56,496 nucleotides of DNA from Eledone cirrhosa (taxonomy: Eukaryota): assembly GCA_964016885.1 (NCBI GenBank), contig CAXHJY010001031.1:1-56496 (forward strand). The letters run 5' to 3'. Made by a program: the position numbers and the translations under genes. The notes below the pieces were generated by a model, which worked only from the letters and a program-made list of their open reading frames with translations, made no database searches and was not told where the DNA came from. Shown piece after piece: positions 40,206 to 54,800 of this stretch (position 1 is the first letter of the stretch; the number at the start of each line of letters is the position of its first letter).

Positions 40206-43200
40206 AAAAATTATCTCCCCTTGGACGGCTGGAAATTACCTCCCCTTGGACGACTGGAAATTATTTCCCCTTGGACGGCTAGAAATTACCTCTCATTGGA
40301 CGGCTGAAAATTATCTCCCCTTGGACGGCTGGAAATTATCTCCCCTTGATTTTTTTTACAAATTATCTCCCCCTGATTTTTTTTTACAAATTATCTCCCC
40401 CTGATTTTTTTTACAAATTATCTCCCCCTGATTTTTTTTACAAATTATCTCCGCCTAATTTTTTTAAATATTATCTTTCCTTGGCTGGCGGGAAATTATC
40501 TCCCCTTGGACGGCTGAAAATTATCTCCCCTTGGACGGCTGGAAATTATCTCCCCTTGGACAGCTGGAAATTATCTGCCCTTGATTTTGTTTTTACAAAT
40601 TATCTCCCCCTGATTTTTAAAAAAAAATTATCTCCCCTTCGCTGGCTGGAAATTATCTCCCCTTGGACACTGGAAATTATAGCCCCTTGGAGGGCTGGAA
40701 ATTATCTTCCCTTGGACGGCTGGAAATTATCTCTGCTTGATTTTTTTTACAAATTATCTCCCCCTGATTTTTTTTTACAAATTATCCCCCCCGATTTTTT
40801 TTACAAATTATCTCCCCCTGATTTTTTTTACAAATTATCTCCCCTTGGACGGCTGGAAATTATCTCCCCTTGGACGGCTGGAAATTATCTCCCCTTGGAC
40901 GGCTAGAAATTACCTCTCCTTGGACAACTGAAAATTATCTCCCCTTGGACGGCTGCAAATAATCTCCCCTTGATTTTTTTTACAAATTATCTCCGCCTGA
41001 TTTTTTTTACAAATTATCTCCCCCTGATTTTTTTTTACAAATTATCTACGCCTAATTTTTTTTACAAATTATCTCCCCCAGATTTTTTTTTACAAATTAT
41101 CTCCCCCTGATTTTTTTTACAAATTATCTCCCCCTGATTGTTTTTTACAAATTATCTCCCCCTGATTTTTTTACAAATTATCTCCCCCCTGATTTTTTTT
41201 ACAATCTCCGCCTGATTTTTTTAAAAATTATCTTCCCTTGGCTGGCGGGAAATTATCTCCCCTTGGACGGCTGGAAATTATATCCCCTTGGAAGGATGGA
41301 AATTATCTCCCCTTGGACGGCTGGAAATTATCTCCCTTTGGACGGCTGGAAATTATCTCCCCTTGGACAGCTGGAAATTATCTGCCCTTGATTTTGTTTT
41401 TACAAATTATCTCCCCCTGATTTTTTTTACAAATTATCTCCACCTGATTTTTTAAAAAATTATCTCCCCTTGGACGGCTGGAAATTATCTCCCCTTGATT
41501 TTTTTACAAATTATCTCCCCCTGATTTTTTTTACAAATTATCTCCCCCTGATTTTTTTTTTACAAATTATCTCCCCCTGATTTTTTTACAAATTATCTCC
41601 CACTGATTTTTTTTACAAATTATCTCCGCCTGATTTTTTTAAATATTATCTTCCCTTGGCTGGCGGGAAATTATCTCCCCTTGGACGGCTGAAAATTATC
41701 TCCCCTTGGACGGCTGGAAATTATCTCCCCTTGATTTTTTTTACAAATTATCTCCCCCTGATTTTTTTACAAATTATCTCCCCTTGGCTGGCTGGAAATT
41801 ATCTCCCCTTGGAGGCTGGAATTTATCTCCCCTTGGACGGCTAGAAATTACCTCTCCTTGGACGGCTGAAAATTATCTCTCCTTGGACGGCTGGAAATTA
41901 TCTCCCCTTGATTTTTGTTACAAATTATCTCTCCCTGATTTTTTTGTACAAATTATCTCCCCCTGATTTTTTTTTACAAATTATCTCCCCCTGATTTTTT
42001 TTTACAAATTATCTCCCCCTGATTTTTATTTACAAATTATCTCCCCCTGATATTTTTTACAAATTATCTCCCCCTGATTTTTTTACAAATTATCTCCCCT
42101 TGGCTGGCTGGAAATTATCTCCCCTTGGAGGCTGGAATTTATCTCCCCTTGGACGGCTAGAAATTACCTCTCCTTGGACGGCTGAAAATTATCTCCCCTT
42201 GGACGGCTGGAAATTATCTCCCCTTGATTTTTTTTACAAATTATCTCCCCCTGATTTTTTTTTACAAATTATCTCCCCCTGATTTTTATTTACAAATTAT
42301 CTCCCCCTGATATTTTTTACAAATTATCTCCCCCTGATTTTTTTACAAATTATCTCCCCTTGGCTGGCTGGAAATTATCTCCCCTTGGAGGCTGGAATTT
42401 ATCTCCCCTTGGACGGCTAGAAATTACCTCGCCTTGGACGGCTGGATAATATGTCTCCTTGGACGGCTGGAAATTATCTCCCCTTGGACGGCTGGAAATT
42501 ATCTCCCCTTGGACGGCTGGAAATTATCTCCCCTTGGACGGCTAGATATTACCACCCTTGGACGGCTGGAAATTATCTCCCCTTGATTTTTTTTTACAAA
42601 TTATCTCCCCCTGATTTTTTTTTACAAATTATCTCCCCCTGATTTTTTTTTACGAATTATCTCCCCCTGATTTTTTTTACAAATTATCTCCGCCTGATTT
42701 TTTTTTAAAAATTATCTCCCCTTGGACGGCTGGAAATTATCTCCCCTTGGACGGCTGGAAATTATCTCCCCTTTGACGGCTAGAAATTACCTCTCCTTGG
42801 ACGGCTGAAAATTATCTCCCCTTGGACGGCTGCAAATTATCTCCCCTTGATTTTTTTAACAAATTATCTCCCCCTGATTTTTTTTACAAATTATCTCCAC
42901 CTGATTTTTTAAAAAATTATCTCCCCTTGGACGGCAGTAAATTATCTCTCCTTGGCTGGAAATTATCTCCCCTTGGACGGCTAGAAATTATCTCTATTTG
43001 GACGGCTGGAAATTATCTCCCTTTGATTTTTTTTACAAATTATCTGCCGCTGATTTTTTTTTAAAATTATCTCTCATTGGACGGCTGGAAATTATCTCCC
43101 CTTGATTTTTTTACAAATTATCTCCCCCTGATTTTTTTTTACAAATTATCTCCCCCTGATTTTTTTTTACAAATTATCTACCCCTGATTTTTTTTTACAA

Positions 43201-45000
43201 ATTATCTCCCCCTGATTTTTTTTACAAATTATCTCCGCCTAATTTTTTTAAATATTATCTTTCCTTGGCTGGCGGGAAATTATCTCCCCTTGGACGGCTG
43301 AAAATTATCTCCCCTTGGACGGCTGGAAATTATCTCCCCTTGATTTTTTTAAAAAATTATCTCCCCCTGATTATTTTTTACAAATTATCTCCCCCTGATT
43401 TTTTTTTACAAATTATCTCCCCCTGATTTTTTTTACAAATTATCTCCCCCTGATTTTTTTACAAATTATCTCCCCTTGGCTGGCTGGAAATTATCTCCCC
43501 TTGGAGGCTGGAATTTATCTCCCCTTGTACGGCTAGAAATTACCTCTCCTTGGACGGCTGGAAAATATGTCTCCTTGGACGGCTGGAAATTATCTCCCCT
43601 TGGACGGCTGGAAATTATCTCCCCTTGGACGGCTGGAAATTATCTCTCCTCGGACGGCTAGAAATTACCTCTCCTTGGACGGCTGAAAATCATCTCCCCT
43701 TGGACGGCTGGAAATTATCTCCCCTTGATTTTTTTTACAAATTATCTCCCGCTGATTTTTTTTTACAAATTATCTCCCCCTGATTTTTATTTACAAATTA
43801 TCTCCCCCTGATATTTTTTACAAATTATCTCTCCCTGATTTTTTTACAAATTATCTCCCCTTGGCTGGCTGGAAATTATTTCCCCTTGGAGGCTGGAATT
43901 TATCTCCCCTTGGACGGCTAGAAATTACCTCGCCTTGGACGGCTGGATAATATGTCTCCTTGGACGGCTGGAAATTATCTCCCCTTGGACGGCTGGAAAT
44001 TATCTCCCCTTGGACGGCTGGAAATTATCTCCCCTTGGACGGCTAGATATTACCTCCCCTTGGACGGCTGGAAATTATCTCCCCTTGATTTTTTTTTACA
44101 AATTATCTCCCCCTGATTTTTTTTTACAAATCTCCCCCTGATTTTTTTTTACGAATTATCTCCCCCTGATTTTTTTTTACAAATTATCTCCGCCTGATTT
44201 TTTTTTTTAAATTATCTCCCCTTGGACGGTTGGAAATTATCTCCCCTTGGACGGCTGGAAATTATCTCCCCTTGGACGGCTAGAAATTACCTCTCCTTGG
44301 ACGGCTGAAAATTATCTCCCCTTGGACGGCTGCAAATTATCTCCCCTTGATTTTTTTAACAAATTATTTCCCCCTGATTTTTTCTTACAAATTATCATCC
44401 CCTGATTTTTTTTTACAAATTATCTACGCCTAATTTTTTTTACAAATTATCTCCCCCTGATTTTTTTTTACAAATTATCTCCCCCTGATTTTTTCTTACA
44501 AATTATCTCCCCCTGATTTTTTTTTACAAATTATCTCCCCCTGATTTTTTTTTACAAATTATCTCCCCCTGATTTTTTATTACAAATTATCTCCCCCTGA
44601 TTTTTATTACAATCTCCGCCTGATTTTTTAAAAAATTATCTTCCCTTGGCTGGCGGGAAATTATCTCCCCTTGGACGGCTGGAAATTATATCCTCTTGGA
44701 AGGATGGAAATTATCTCCCCTTGGACGGCTGGAAATTATCTCCCCTTGGACGGCTGGAAATTATCTCCCCTTGGACAGCTGGAAATTATCTGCCCTTGAT
44801 TTTGTTTTTACAAATTATCTCCCCCTGATTTTTTTTACAAATTATCTCCACCTGATTTTTAAAAAAATTATCTCCCCTTTGACGGCTGGAAATTATCTCC
44901 CCTTGGCTCGAAATTATCTCCCCTTGGACGGCTAGAAATTATCTCTCTTTGGACGGCTGGAAATTATCTCCCTTTGATTTTTTTTACAAATTATCTCCCC

Positions 45001-48000
45001 CTGATTTTTTTTACAAATCTCCCCCTGATTTTTTAAAAAAAATTATCTCCCCTTCGCTGGCTGGAAATTATCTCCCCTTGGACACTGGAAATTATAGCCC
45101 CTTGGAGGGCTGGAAATTATCTCCCCTTGGACGGCTAGAAATTACCTCTCCTTGGACGACTGAAAATTATCTCCCCTTGGACGGCTGCAAATTATCTCCC
45201 CTTGATTTTTTTTACAAATTATCTCCGCCTGATTTTTTTTTTAAAATTATCTCCCCTTGGACGGCTGGAAATTACCTCCCCTTGGACGGCTGGAAATTAT
45301 CTCCCCTTGGACGGCTAGAAATTACCTCTCATTGGACGGCTGAAAATTATCTCCCCTTGGACGGCTGGAAATTATCTCCCCTTGATTTTTTTTACAAATT
45401 ATCTCCCCCTGATTAGTTTTTTACAAATTATCTCCCCCTGATTTTTTTTACAAATTATCTCCCCCTGATTTTTTTTACAAATTATCTCCCCCTGATTTTT
45501 TTACAAATTATCTCCCCTTGGCTGGCTGGAAATTATCTCCCCTTGGAGGCTGGAATTTATCTCCCCTTGTACGGCTAGAAATTACCTCTCCTTGGACGGC
45601 TGGAAAATATGTCTCCTTGGACGGCTGGAAATTATCTCCCCTTGGACGGCTGGAAATTATCTCCCCTTGGACGGCTGGAAATTATCTCTCCTCGGACGGC
45701 TAGAAATTACCTCTCCTTGGACGGCTGAAAATTATCTCCCCTTGGACGGCTGGAAATTATCTCCCCTTGATTTTTTTTACAAATTATCTCCCCCTGATTT
45801 TTTTTTACAAATTATCTCCCCCTGATTTTTTTTACAAATTATCTCCCCCTGATATTTTTTACAAATTATCTCCCCTTGGCTGGCTGGAAATTATCTCCCC
45901 TTGGAGGCTGGAATTTATCTCCCCTTGGACGGCTAGAAATTACCTCGCCTTGGACGGCTGGATAATATGTCTCCTTGGACGGCTGGAAATTATCTCCCCT
46001 TGGACGGCTGGAAATTATCTCCCCTTGGACGGCTGGAAATTATCTCCCCTTGGACGGCTAGATATTACCTCCCCTTGGACGGCTGGAAAGTATCTCCCCT
46101 TGATTTTTTTTTACAAATTATCTCCCCCTGATTTTTTTTTACAAATTATCTCCCCCTGATTTTTTTTTACGAATTATCTCCCCCTGATTTTTTTTTACAA
46201 ATTATCTCCGCCTGATTTTTTTTTTAAAATTATCTCCCCTTGGACGGCTGGAAATTATCTCCCCTTGGACGGCTGGAAATTATCTCCCCTTGGACGGCTA
46301 GAAATTACCTCTCCTTGGACGGCTGAAAATTATCTCCCCTTGGACGGCTGCAAATTATCTCCCCTTGATTTTTTTAACAAATTATCTCCCCCTGATTTTT
46401 TCTTACAAATTATCTCCCCCTGATTTTTTTTTACAAATTATCTACGCCTAATTTTTTTTACAAATTATCTCCTCCTGATTTTTTTTTACAAATTATCTCC
46501 CCCTGATTTTTTTTTACAAATTATCTCCCCCTGATTTTTTTTTACAAATTATCTCCCCCTGATTTTTTTACAAATTATGTCCCCCCTGATATTTATTACA
46601 ATCTCCGCCTGATTTTTTTAAAAATTATCTTCCCTTGGCTGGCGGGAAATTATCTCCCCTTGGACGGCTGGAAATTATATCCCCTTGGAAGGATGGAAAT
46701 TATCTCCCCTTGGACGGCTGGAAATTATCTCCCCTTGGACGGCTGGAAATTATCTCCCCTTGGACAGCTGGAAATTATCTGCCCTTGATTTTGTTTTTAC
46801 AAATTATCTCCCCCTGATTTTTTTTACAAATTTTCTCCACCTGATTTTTTAAAAAATTATCTCCCCTTGGACGGCTGGAAATTATCTCCCCTTGGCTCGA
46901 AATTATCTCCCCTTGGACGGCTAGAAATTATCTCTCTTTGGACGGCTGGAAATTATCTCCCTTTGATTTTTTTTACAAATTATCTCCCCCTGATTTTTTT
47001 TACAAATCTCCCCCTGATTTTTTAAAAAAAATTATCTCCCCTTCGCTGGCTGGAAATTATCTCCCCTTGGACACTGGAAATTATAGCCCCTTGGAGGGCT
47101 GGAAATTATCTTCCCTTGGACGGCTGGAAATTATCTCTGCTTGATTTTTTTTACAAATTATCTCCCCCTGATTTTTTTTTACAAATTATCCCCCCCGATT
47201 TTTTTTTACAAATTATCTCCCCCTGATTTTTTTTACAAATTATCTCCCCTTGGACGGCTGGAAATTATCTCCCCTTGGACGGCTGGAAATTATCTCCCCT
47301 TGGACGGCTAGAAATTACCTCTCCTTGGACAACTGATAATTATCTCCCCTTGGACGGCTGCAAATTATCTCCCCTTGATTTTTTTACAAATTATCTCCGC
47401 CTGATTTTTTTTAAAAAATTATCTCCCCTTGGACGGCTAGAAATTACCTCTCCTTGGACGGCTGGAAAATATTTCTCCTTGGACGGCTGGATATTATCTA
47501 CCCTTGGACGGGTGGAAATTATCTCCCCTTGGACGGCTAGATATTACCTCCCCTTGGACGGCTGGAAATTATCTCCCCTTGATTTTTTTTACAAATTATC
47601 TCCCCCTGATTTTTTTTACAAATTATCTCCACCTGATTTTTTTACAAATTATCTCCCCCTGATTTTTTTTACAAATTATCTCCGCCAAATTTTTTTAAAT
47701 ATTATCTTCCCTTGGCTGGCGGGAAATTATCTCCCCTTGGACGGCTGAAAATTATCTCCCCTTGGACGGCTGGAAATTATCTCCCCTTGATTTTTTTTAC
47801 AAATTATCTCCCCCTGATTATTTTTTACAAATTATCTTTCCCTGATTTTTTTTTACAAATTATCTCCCCCTGATTTTTTTTACAAATTATCTCCCCCTGA
47901 TTTTTTTACAAATTATCTCCCCTTGGCTGGCTGGAAATTATCTCCCCTTGGAGGCTGGAATTTATCTCCCCTTGGACGGCTGGAAATTATCTCTCCTTGG

Positions 48001-48406
48001 ACGGCTAGAAATTACCTCTCCTTGGACGGCTGGAAAATATGTCTCGTTGGACGGCTGGAAATTATCTCCCCTTGGACGGCTGGAAATTATCTCCCCTTGG
48101 ACGGCTAGAAATTACCTCTCCTTGGACGGCTGAAAATTATCTCTCCTTGGACGGCTGGAAATTATCTCCCCTTGATTTTTTTTACAAATTATCTCCCCCT
48201 GATTTTTTTTACAAATTATCTCCACCTGATTTTTTTACAAATTATCTCCCCCTGATTTTTTTTACAAATTATCTCCGCCTAATTTTTTTAAATATTATCT
48301 TCCCTTGGCTGGCGGGAAATTATCTCCCCTTGGACGGCTGAAAATTATCTCCCCTTGGAGGGCTGGAAATTATCTCCCCTTGATTTTTTTTACAAATTAT
48401 CTCCCT
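45001..48406 (+). repeat. ~3.4-kb higher-order tandem duplication, copy 1 (3,406 bp)
   Basis: Offset +3406 (45518/48924, 46635/50041), becoming +3432 later (47923/51355). Shared rare variants are GACGACTGAAA 45155/48561 and TCCGCCAAAT 47681/51113. Confidence 0.9.
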
Positions 48407-51400
48407 CTGATTTTTTTTACAAATCTCCCCCTGATTTTTTAAAAAAAATTATCTCCCCTTCGCTGGCTGGAAATTATCTCCCCTTGGACACTGGAAATTA
48501 TAGCCCCTTGGAGGGCTGGAAATTATCTCCCCTTGGACGGCTAGAAATTACCTCTCCTTGGACGACTGAAAATTATCTCCCCTTGGACGGCTGCAAATTA
48601 TCTCCCCTTGATTTTTTTTACAAATTATCTCCGCCTGATTTTTTTTTTAAAATTATCTCCCCTTGGACGGCTGGAAATTACCTCCCCTTGGACGGCTGGA
48701 AATTATCTCCCCTTGGACGGCTAGAAATTACCTCTCATTGGACGGCTGAAAATTATCTCCCCTTGGACGGCTGGAAATTATCTCCCCTTGATTTTTTTTA
48801 CAAATTATCTCCCCCTGATTATTTTTTTACAAATTATCTCCCCCTGATTTTTTTTACAAATTATCTCCCCCTGATTTTTTTTACAAATTATCTCCCCCTG
48901 ATTTTTTTACAAATTATCTCCCCTTGGCTGGCTGGAAATTATCTCCCCTTGGAGGCTGGAATTTATCTCCCCTTGTACGGCTAGAAATTACCTCTCCTTG
49001 GACGGCTGGAAAATATGTCTCCTTGGACGGCTGGAAATTATCTCCCCTTGGACGGCTGGAAATTATCTCCCCTTGGACGGCTGGAAATTATCTCTCCTCG
49101 GACGGCTAGAAATTACCTCTCCTTGGACGGCTGAAAATTATCTCCCCTTGGACGGCTGGAAATTATCTCCCCTTGATTTTTTTTACAAATTATCTCCCCC
49201 TGATTTTTTTTTACAAATTATCTCCCCCTGATTTTTTTTACAAATTATCTCCCCCTGATATTTTTTACAAATTATCTCCCCTTGGCTGGCTGGAAATTAT
49301 CTCCCCTTGGAGGCTGGAATTTATCTCCCCTTGGACGGCTAGAAATTACCTCGCCTTGGACGGCTGGATAATATGTCTCCTTGGACGGCTGGAAATTATC
49401 TCCCCTTGGACGGCTGGAAATTATCTCCCCTTGGACGGCTGGAAATTATCTCCCCTTGGACGGCTAGATATTACCTCCCCTTGGACGGCTGGAAAGTATC
49501 TCCCCTTGATTTTTTTTTACAAATTATCTCCCCCTGATTTTTTTTTACAAATTATCTCCCCCTGATTTTTTTTTACGAATTATCTCCCCCTGATTTTTTT
49601 TTACAAATTATCTCCGCCTGATTTTTTTTTTTAAATTATCTCCCCTTGGACGGCTGGAAATTATCTCCCCTTGGACGGCTGGAAATTATCTCCCCTTGGA
49701 CGGCTAGAAATTACCTCTCCTTGGACGGCTGAAAATTATCTCCCCTTGGACGGCTGCAAATTATCTCCCCTTGATTTTTTTAACAAATTATCTCCCCCTG
49801 ATTTTTTCTTACAAATTATCTCCCCCTGATTTTTTTTTACAAATTATCTACGCCTAATTTTTTTTACAAATTATCTCCTCCTGATTTTTTTTTACAAATT
49901 ATCTCCCCCTGATTTTTTTTTACAAATTATCTCCCCCTGATTTTTTTTTACAAATTATCTCCCCCTGATTTTTTTACAAATTATGTCCCCCCTGATATTT
50001 ATTACAATCTCCGCCTGATTTTTTTAAAAATTATCTTCCCTTGGCTGGCGGGAAATTATCTCCCCTTGGACGGCTGGAAATTATATCCCCTTGGAAGGAT
50101 GGAAATTATCTCCCCTTGGACGGCTGGAAATTATCTCCCCTTGGACGGCTGGAAATTATCTCCCCTTGGACAGCTGGAAATTATCTGCCCTTGATTTTGT
50201 TTTTACAAATTATCTCCCCCTGATTTTTTTTACAAATTTTCTCCACCTGATTTTTTAAAAAATTATCTCCCCTTGGACGGCTGGAAATTATCTCCCCTTG
50301 GCTCGAAATTATCTCCCCTTGGACGGCTAGAAATTATCTCTCTTTGGACGGCTGGAAATTATCTCCCTTTGATTTTTTTTACAAATTATCTCCCCCTGAT
50401 TTTTTTTACAAATCTCCCCCTGATTTTTAAAAAAAAATTATCTCCCCTTCGCTGGCTGGAAATTATCTCCCCTTGGACACTGGAAATTATAGCCCCTTGG
50501 AGGGCTGGAAATTATCTTCCCTTGGACGGCTGGAAATTATCTCTGCTTGATTTTTTTTACAAATTATCTCCCCCTGATTTTTTTTTACAAATTATCCCCC
50601 CCGATTTTTTTTTACAAATTATCTCCCCCTGATTTTTTTTACAAATTATCTCCCCTTGGACGGCTGGAAATTATCTCCCCTTGGACGGCTGGAAATTATC
50701 TCCCCTTGGACGGCTAGAAATTACCTCTCCTTGGACAACTGATAATTATCTCCCCTTGGACGGCTGCAAATTATCTCCCCTTGATTTTTTTTACAAATTA
50801 TCTCCGCCTGATTTTTTTTAAAAAATTATCTCCCCTTGGACGGCTAGAAATTACCTCTCCTTGGACGGCTGGAAAATATTTCTCCTTGGACGGCTGGATA
50901 TTATCTACCCTTGGACGGGTGGAAATTATCTCCCCTTGGACGGCTGGAAATTATCTCCCCTTGGACGGCTAGATATTACCTCCCCTTGGACGGCTGGAAA
51001 TTATCTCCCCTTGATTTTTTTTACAAATTATCTCCCCCTGATTTTTTTTACAAATTATCTCCACCTGATTTTTTTACAAATTATCTCCCCCTGATTTTTT
51101 TTACAAATTATCTCCGCCAAATTTTTTTAAATATTATCTTCCCTTGGCTGGCGGGAAATTATCTCCCCTTGGACGGCTGAAAATTATCTCCCCTTGGACG
51201 GCTGGAAATTATCTCCCCTTGATTTTTTTTACAAATTATCTCCCCCTGATTATTTTTTACAAATTATCTTTCCCTGATTTTTTTTTACAAATTATCTCCC
51301 CCTGATTTTTTTTACAAATTATCTCCCCCTGATTTTTTTACAAATTATCTCCCCTTGGCTGGCTGGAAATTATCTCCCCTTGGAGGCTGGAATTTATCTC

Positions 51401-51838
51401 CCCTTGGACGGCTGGAAATTATCTCTCCTTGGACGGCTAGAAATTACCTCTCCTTGGACGGCTGGAAAATATGTCTCGTTGGACGGCTGGAAATTATCTC
51501 CCCTTGGACGGCTGGAAATTATCTCCCCTTGGACGGCTAGAAATTACCTCTCCTTGGACGGCTGAAAATTATCTCTCCTTGGACGGCTGGAAATTATCTC
51601 CCCTTGATTTTTTTTACAAATTATCTCCCCCTGATTTTTTTTACAAATTATCTCCACCTGATTTTTTTACAAATTATCTCCCCCTGATTTTTTTTACAAA
51701 TTATCTCCGCCTAATTTTTTTAAATATTATCTTCCCTTGGCTGGCGGGAAATTATCTCCCCTTGGACGGCTGAAAATTATCTCCCCTTGGAGGGCTGGAA
51801 ATTATCTCCCCTTGATTTTTTTTACAAATTATCTCCCC
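48407..51838 (+). repeat. ~3.4-kb higher-order tandem duplication, copy 2 (3,432 bp)
   Basis: Matches copy 1 but carries one extra 25-bp A monomer (~50930) and one extra T (+26 bp in total), plus a few substitutions. Confidence 0.9.
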
Positions 51839-54800
51839 CTGATTTTTTTTTACAAATTATCTCCCCCTGATTTTTTTTTACAAATTATCTCCCCCTGATT
51901 TTTTTTTACAAATTATCTCCCCCTGATTTTTTTTACAAATTATCTCCCCTTGGCTGGCTGGAAACTATCTCCCCTTGGAGGCTGGAATTTATCTCCCCTT
52001 GGACGGCTAGAAATTACCTCTCCTTGGACGGCTGGAAAATATGTCCTTGGACGGCTGGATATTATCTACCCTTGGACGGCTGGAAATTATCTCCCCTTGG
52101 ACGGCTGGAAATTATCTCCCCTTGGACGGCTAGATATTACCTCCCCTTGGACGGCTGGAAATTATCTCCCCTTGATTTTTTTTACAAATTATCTCCCCCT
52201 GATGTTTTTTACAAATGTCCTAATGATTTTTTAAAAAAAATTATCTCCCCTTCGCTGGCTGGAAATTATCTCCCCTTGGACGCTGGAAATTATAGCCCCT
52301 TGGAGGGCTGGAAATTATCTTCCCTTGGACGGCTGGAAATTATCTCCCCTTGATTTTTTTTACAAATTATCTACCCCTGATTTTTTTACAAATTATCTCC
52401 CCCTGATTTTTTTACAAATTATCTCCCCCTGATTTTTTTTACAAATTATCTCCGCCTGATTATTTTTTACAAATTATCTTTCCCTGATTTTTTTTTACAA
52501 ATTATCTCCCCCTGATTTTTTTTAAAAATTATCTCCCCCAGATTTTTTTACAAATTATCTCCCCTTGGCTGGCTGGAAATTATCTCCCCTTGGAGGCTGG
52601 AATTTATCTCTCCTTGGACGGCTGGAAATTATCTCTCCTTGGACGGCTAGAAATTACCTCTCCTTGGACGGCTGGAAAATATGTCTCGTTGGACGGCTGG
52701 AAATTATCTCCCCTTGGACGGCTGGAAATTATCTCCCCTTGGACGGCTGGAAATTATCTCTCCTTGGACGGCTAGAAATTACCTCTCCTTGGACGGCTGA
52801 AAATTATCTCTCCTTGGACGGCTGGAAATTATCTCCCCTTGATTTTTGTTACAAATTATCTCCCCCTGATTTTTTTGTACAAATTATCTCCCCCTGATTT
52901 TTTTTTACAAATTATCTCCCCCTGATTTTTATTTACAAATTATCTCCCCCTGATATTTTTTACAAATTATCTCCCCCTGATTTTTTTACAAATTATCTCC
53001 CCTTGGCTGGCTGGAAATTATCTCCCCTTGGAGGCTGGAATTTATCTCCCCTTGGACGGCTAGAAATTACCTCTCCTTGGACGGCTGAAAATTATCTCCC
53101 CTTGGACGGCTGGAAATTATCTCCCCTTGATTTTTTTTACAAATTATCTCCCCCTGATTTTTTTTTACAAATTATCTCCCCCTGATTTTTATTTACAAAT
53201 TATCTCCCCCTGATATTTTTTACAAATTATCTCCCCCTGATTTTTTTACAAATTATCTCCCCTTGGCTGGCTGGAAATTATCTCCCCTTGGAGGCTGGAA
53301 TTTATCTCCCCTTGGACGGCTAGAAATTACCTCGCCTTGGACGGCTGGATAATATGTCTCCTTGGACGGCTGGAAATTATCTCCCCTTGGACGGCTGGAA
53401 ATTATCTCCCCTTGGACGGCTGGAAATTATCTCCCCTTGGACGGCTAGATATTACCACCCTTGGACGGCTGGAAATTATCTCCCCTTGATTTTTTTTTAC
53501 AAATTATCTCCCCCTGATTTTTTTTTACAAATTATCTCCCCCTGATTTTTTTTTACGAATTATCTCCCCCTGATTTTTTTTACAAATTATCTCCGCCTGA
53601 TTTTTTTTTTAAAATTATCTCCCCTTGGACGGCTGGAAATTATCTCCCCTTGGACGGCTGGAAATTATCTCCCCTTGGACGGCTAGAAATTACCTCTCCT
53701 TGGACGGCTGAAAATTATCTCCCCTTGGACGGCTGCAAATTATCTCCCCTTGATTTTTTTAACAAATTATCTCCCCCTGATTTTTTCTTACAAATTATCT
53801 CCCCCTGATTTTTTTTTACAAATTATCTACGCCTAATTTTTTTTACAAATTATCTTCCCCTGATTTTTTTTTACAAATTATCTCCCCCTGATTTTTTTTT
53901 ACAAATTATCTCCCCCTGATTTTTTTTTACAAATTATCTCCCACTGATTTTTTTACAAATTATCTCCCCCCTGATTTTTATTACAATCTCCGCCTGATTT
54001 TTTTAAAAATTATCTTCCCTTGGCTGGCGGGAAATTATCTCCCCTTGGACGGCTGGAAATTATATCCTCTTGGAAGGATGGAAATTATCTCCCCTTGGAC
54101 GGCTGGAAATTATCTCCCCTTGGACGGCTGGAAATTATCTCCCCTTGGACAGCTGGAAATTATCTGCCCTTGATTTTGTTTTTACAAATTATCTCCCCCT
54201 GATTTTTTTTACAAATTATCTCCACCTGATTTTTTAAAAAATTATCTCCCCTTGGACGGCTGGAAATTATCTCCCCTTGGCTCGAAATGATCTCCCCTTG
54301 GACGGCTAGAAATTATCTCTCTTTAGACGGCTGGAAATTATCTCCCTTTGATTTTTTTTACAAATTATCTCCCCCTGATTTTTTTTACAAATCTCCCCCT
54401 GATTTTTTAAAAAAAATTATCTCCCCTTCGCTGGCTGGAAATTATCTCCCCTTGGACACTGGAAATTATAGCCCCTTGGAGGGCTGGAAATTATCTTCCC
54501 TTGGACGGCTGGAAATTATCTCTGCTTGATTTTTTTTACAAATTATCTCCCCCTGATTTTTTTTTACAAATTATCCCCCCCGATTTTTTTTACAAATTAT
54601 CTCCCCCTGATTTTTTTTACAAATTATCTCCCCTTGGACGGCTGGAAATTATCTCCCCTTGGACGGCTGGAAATTATCTCCCCTTGGACGGCTAGAAATT
54701 ACCTCTCCTTGGACAACTGAAAATTATCTCCCCTTGGACGGCTGCAAATTATCTCCCCTTGATTTTTTTTTACAAATTATCTCCGCCTGATTTTTTTTTA

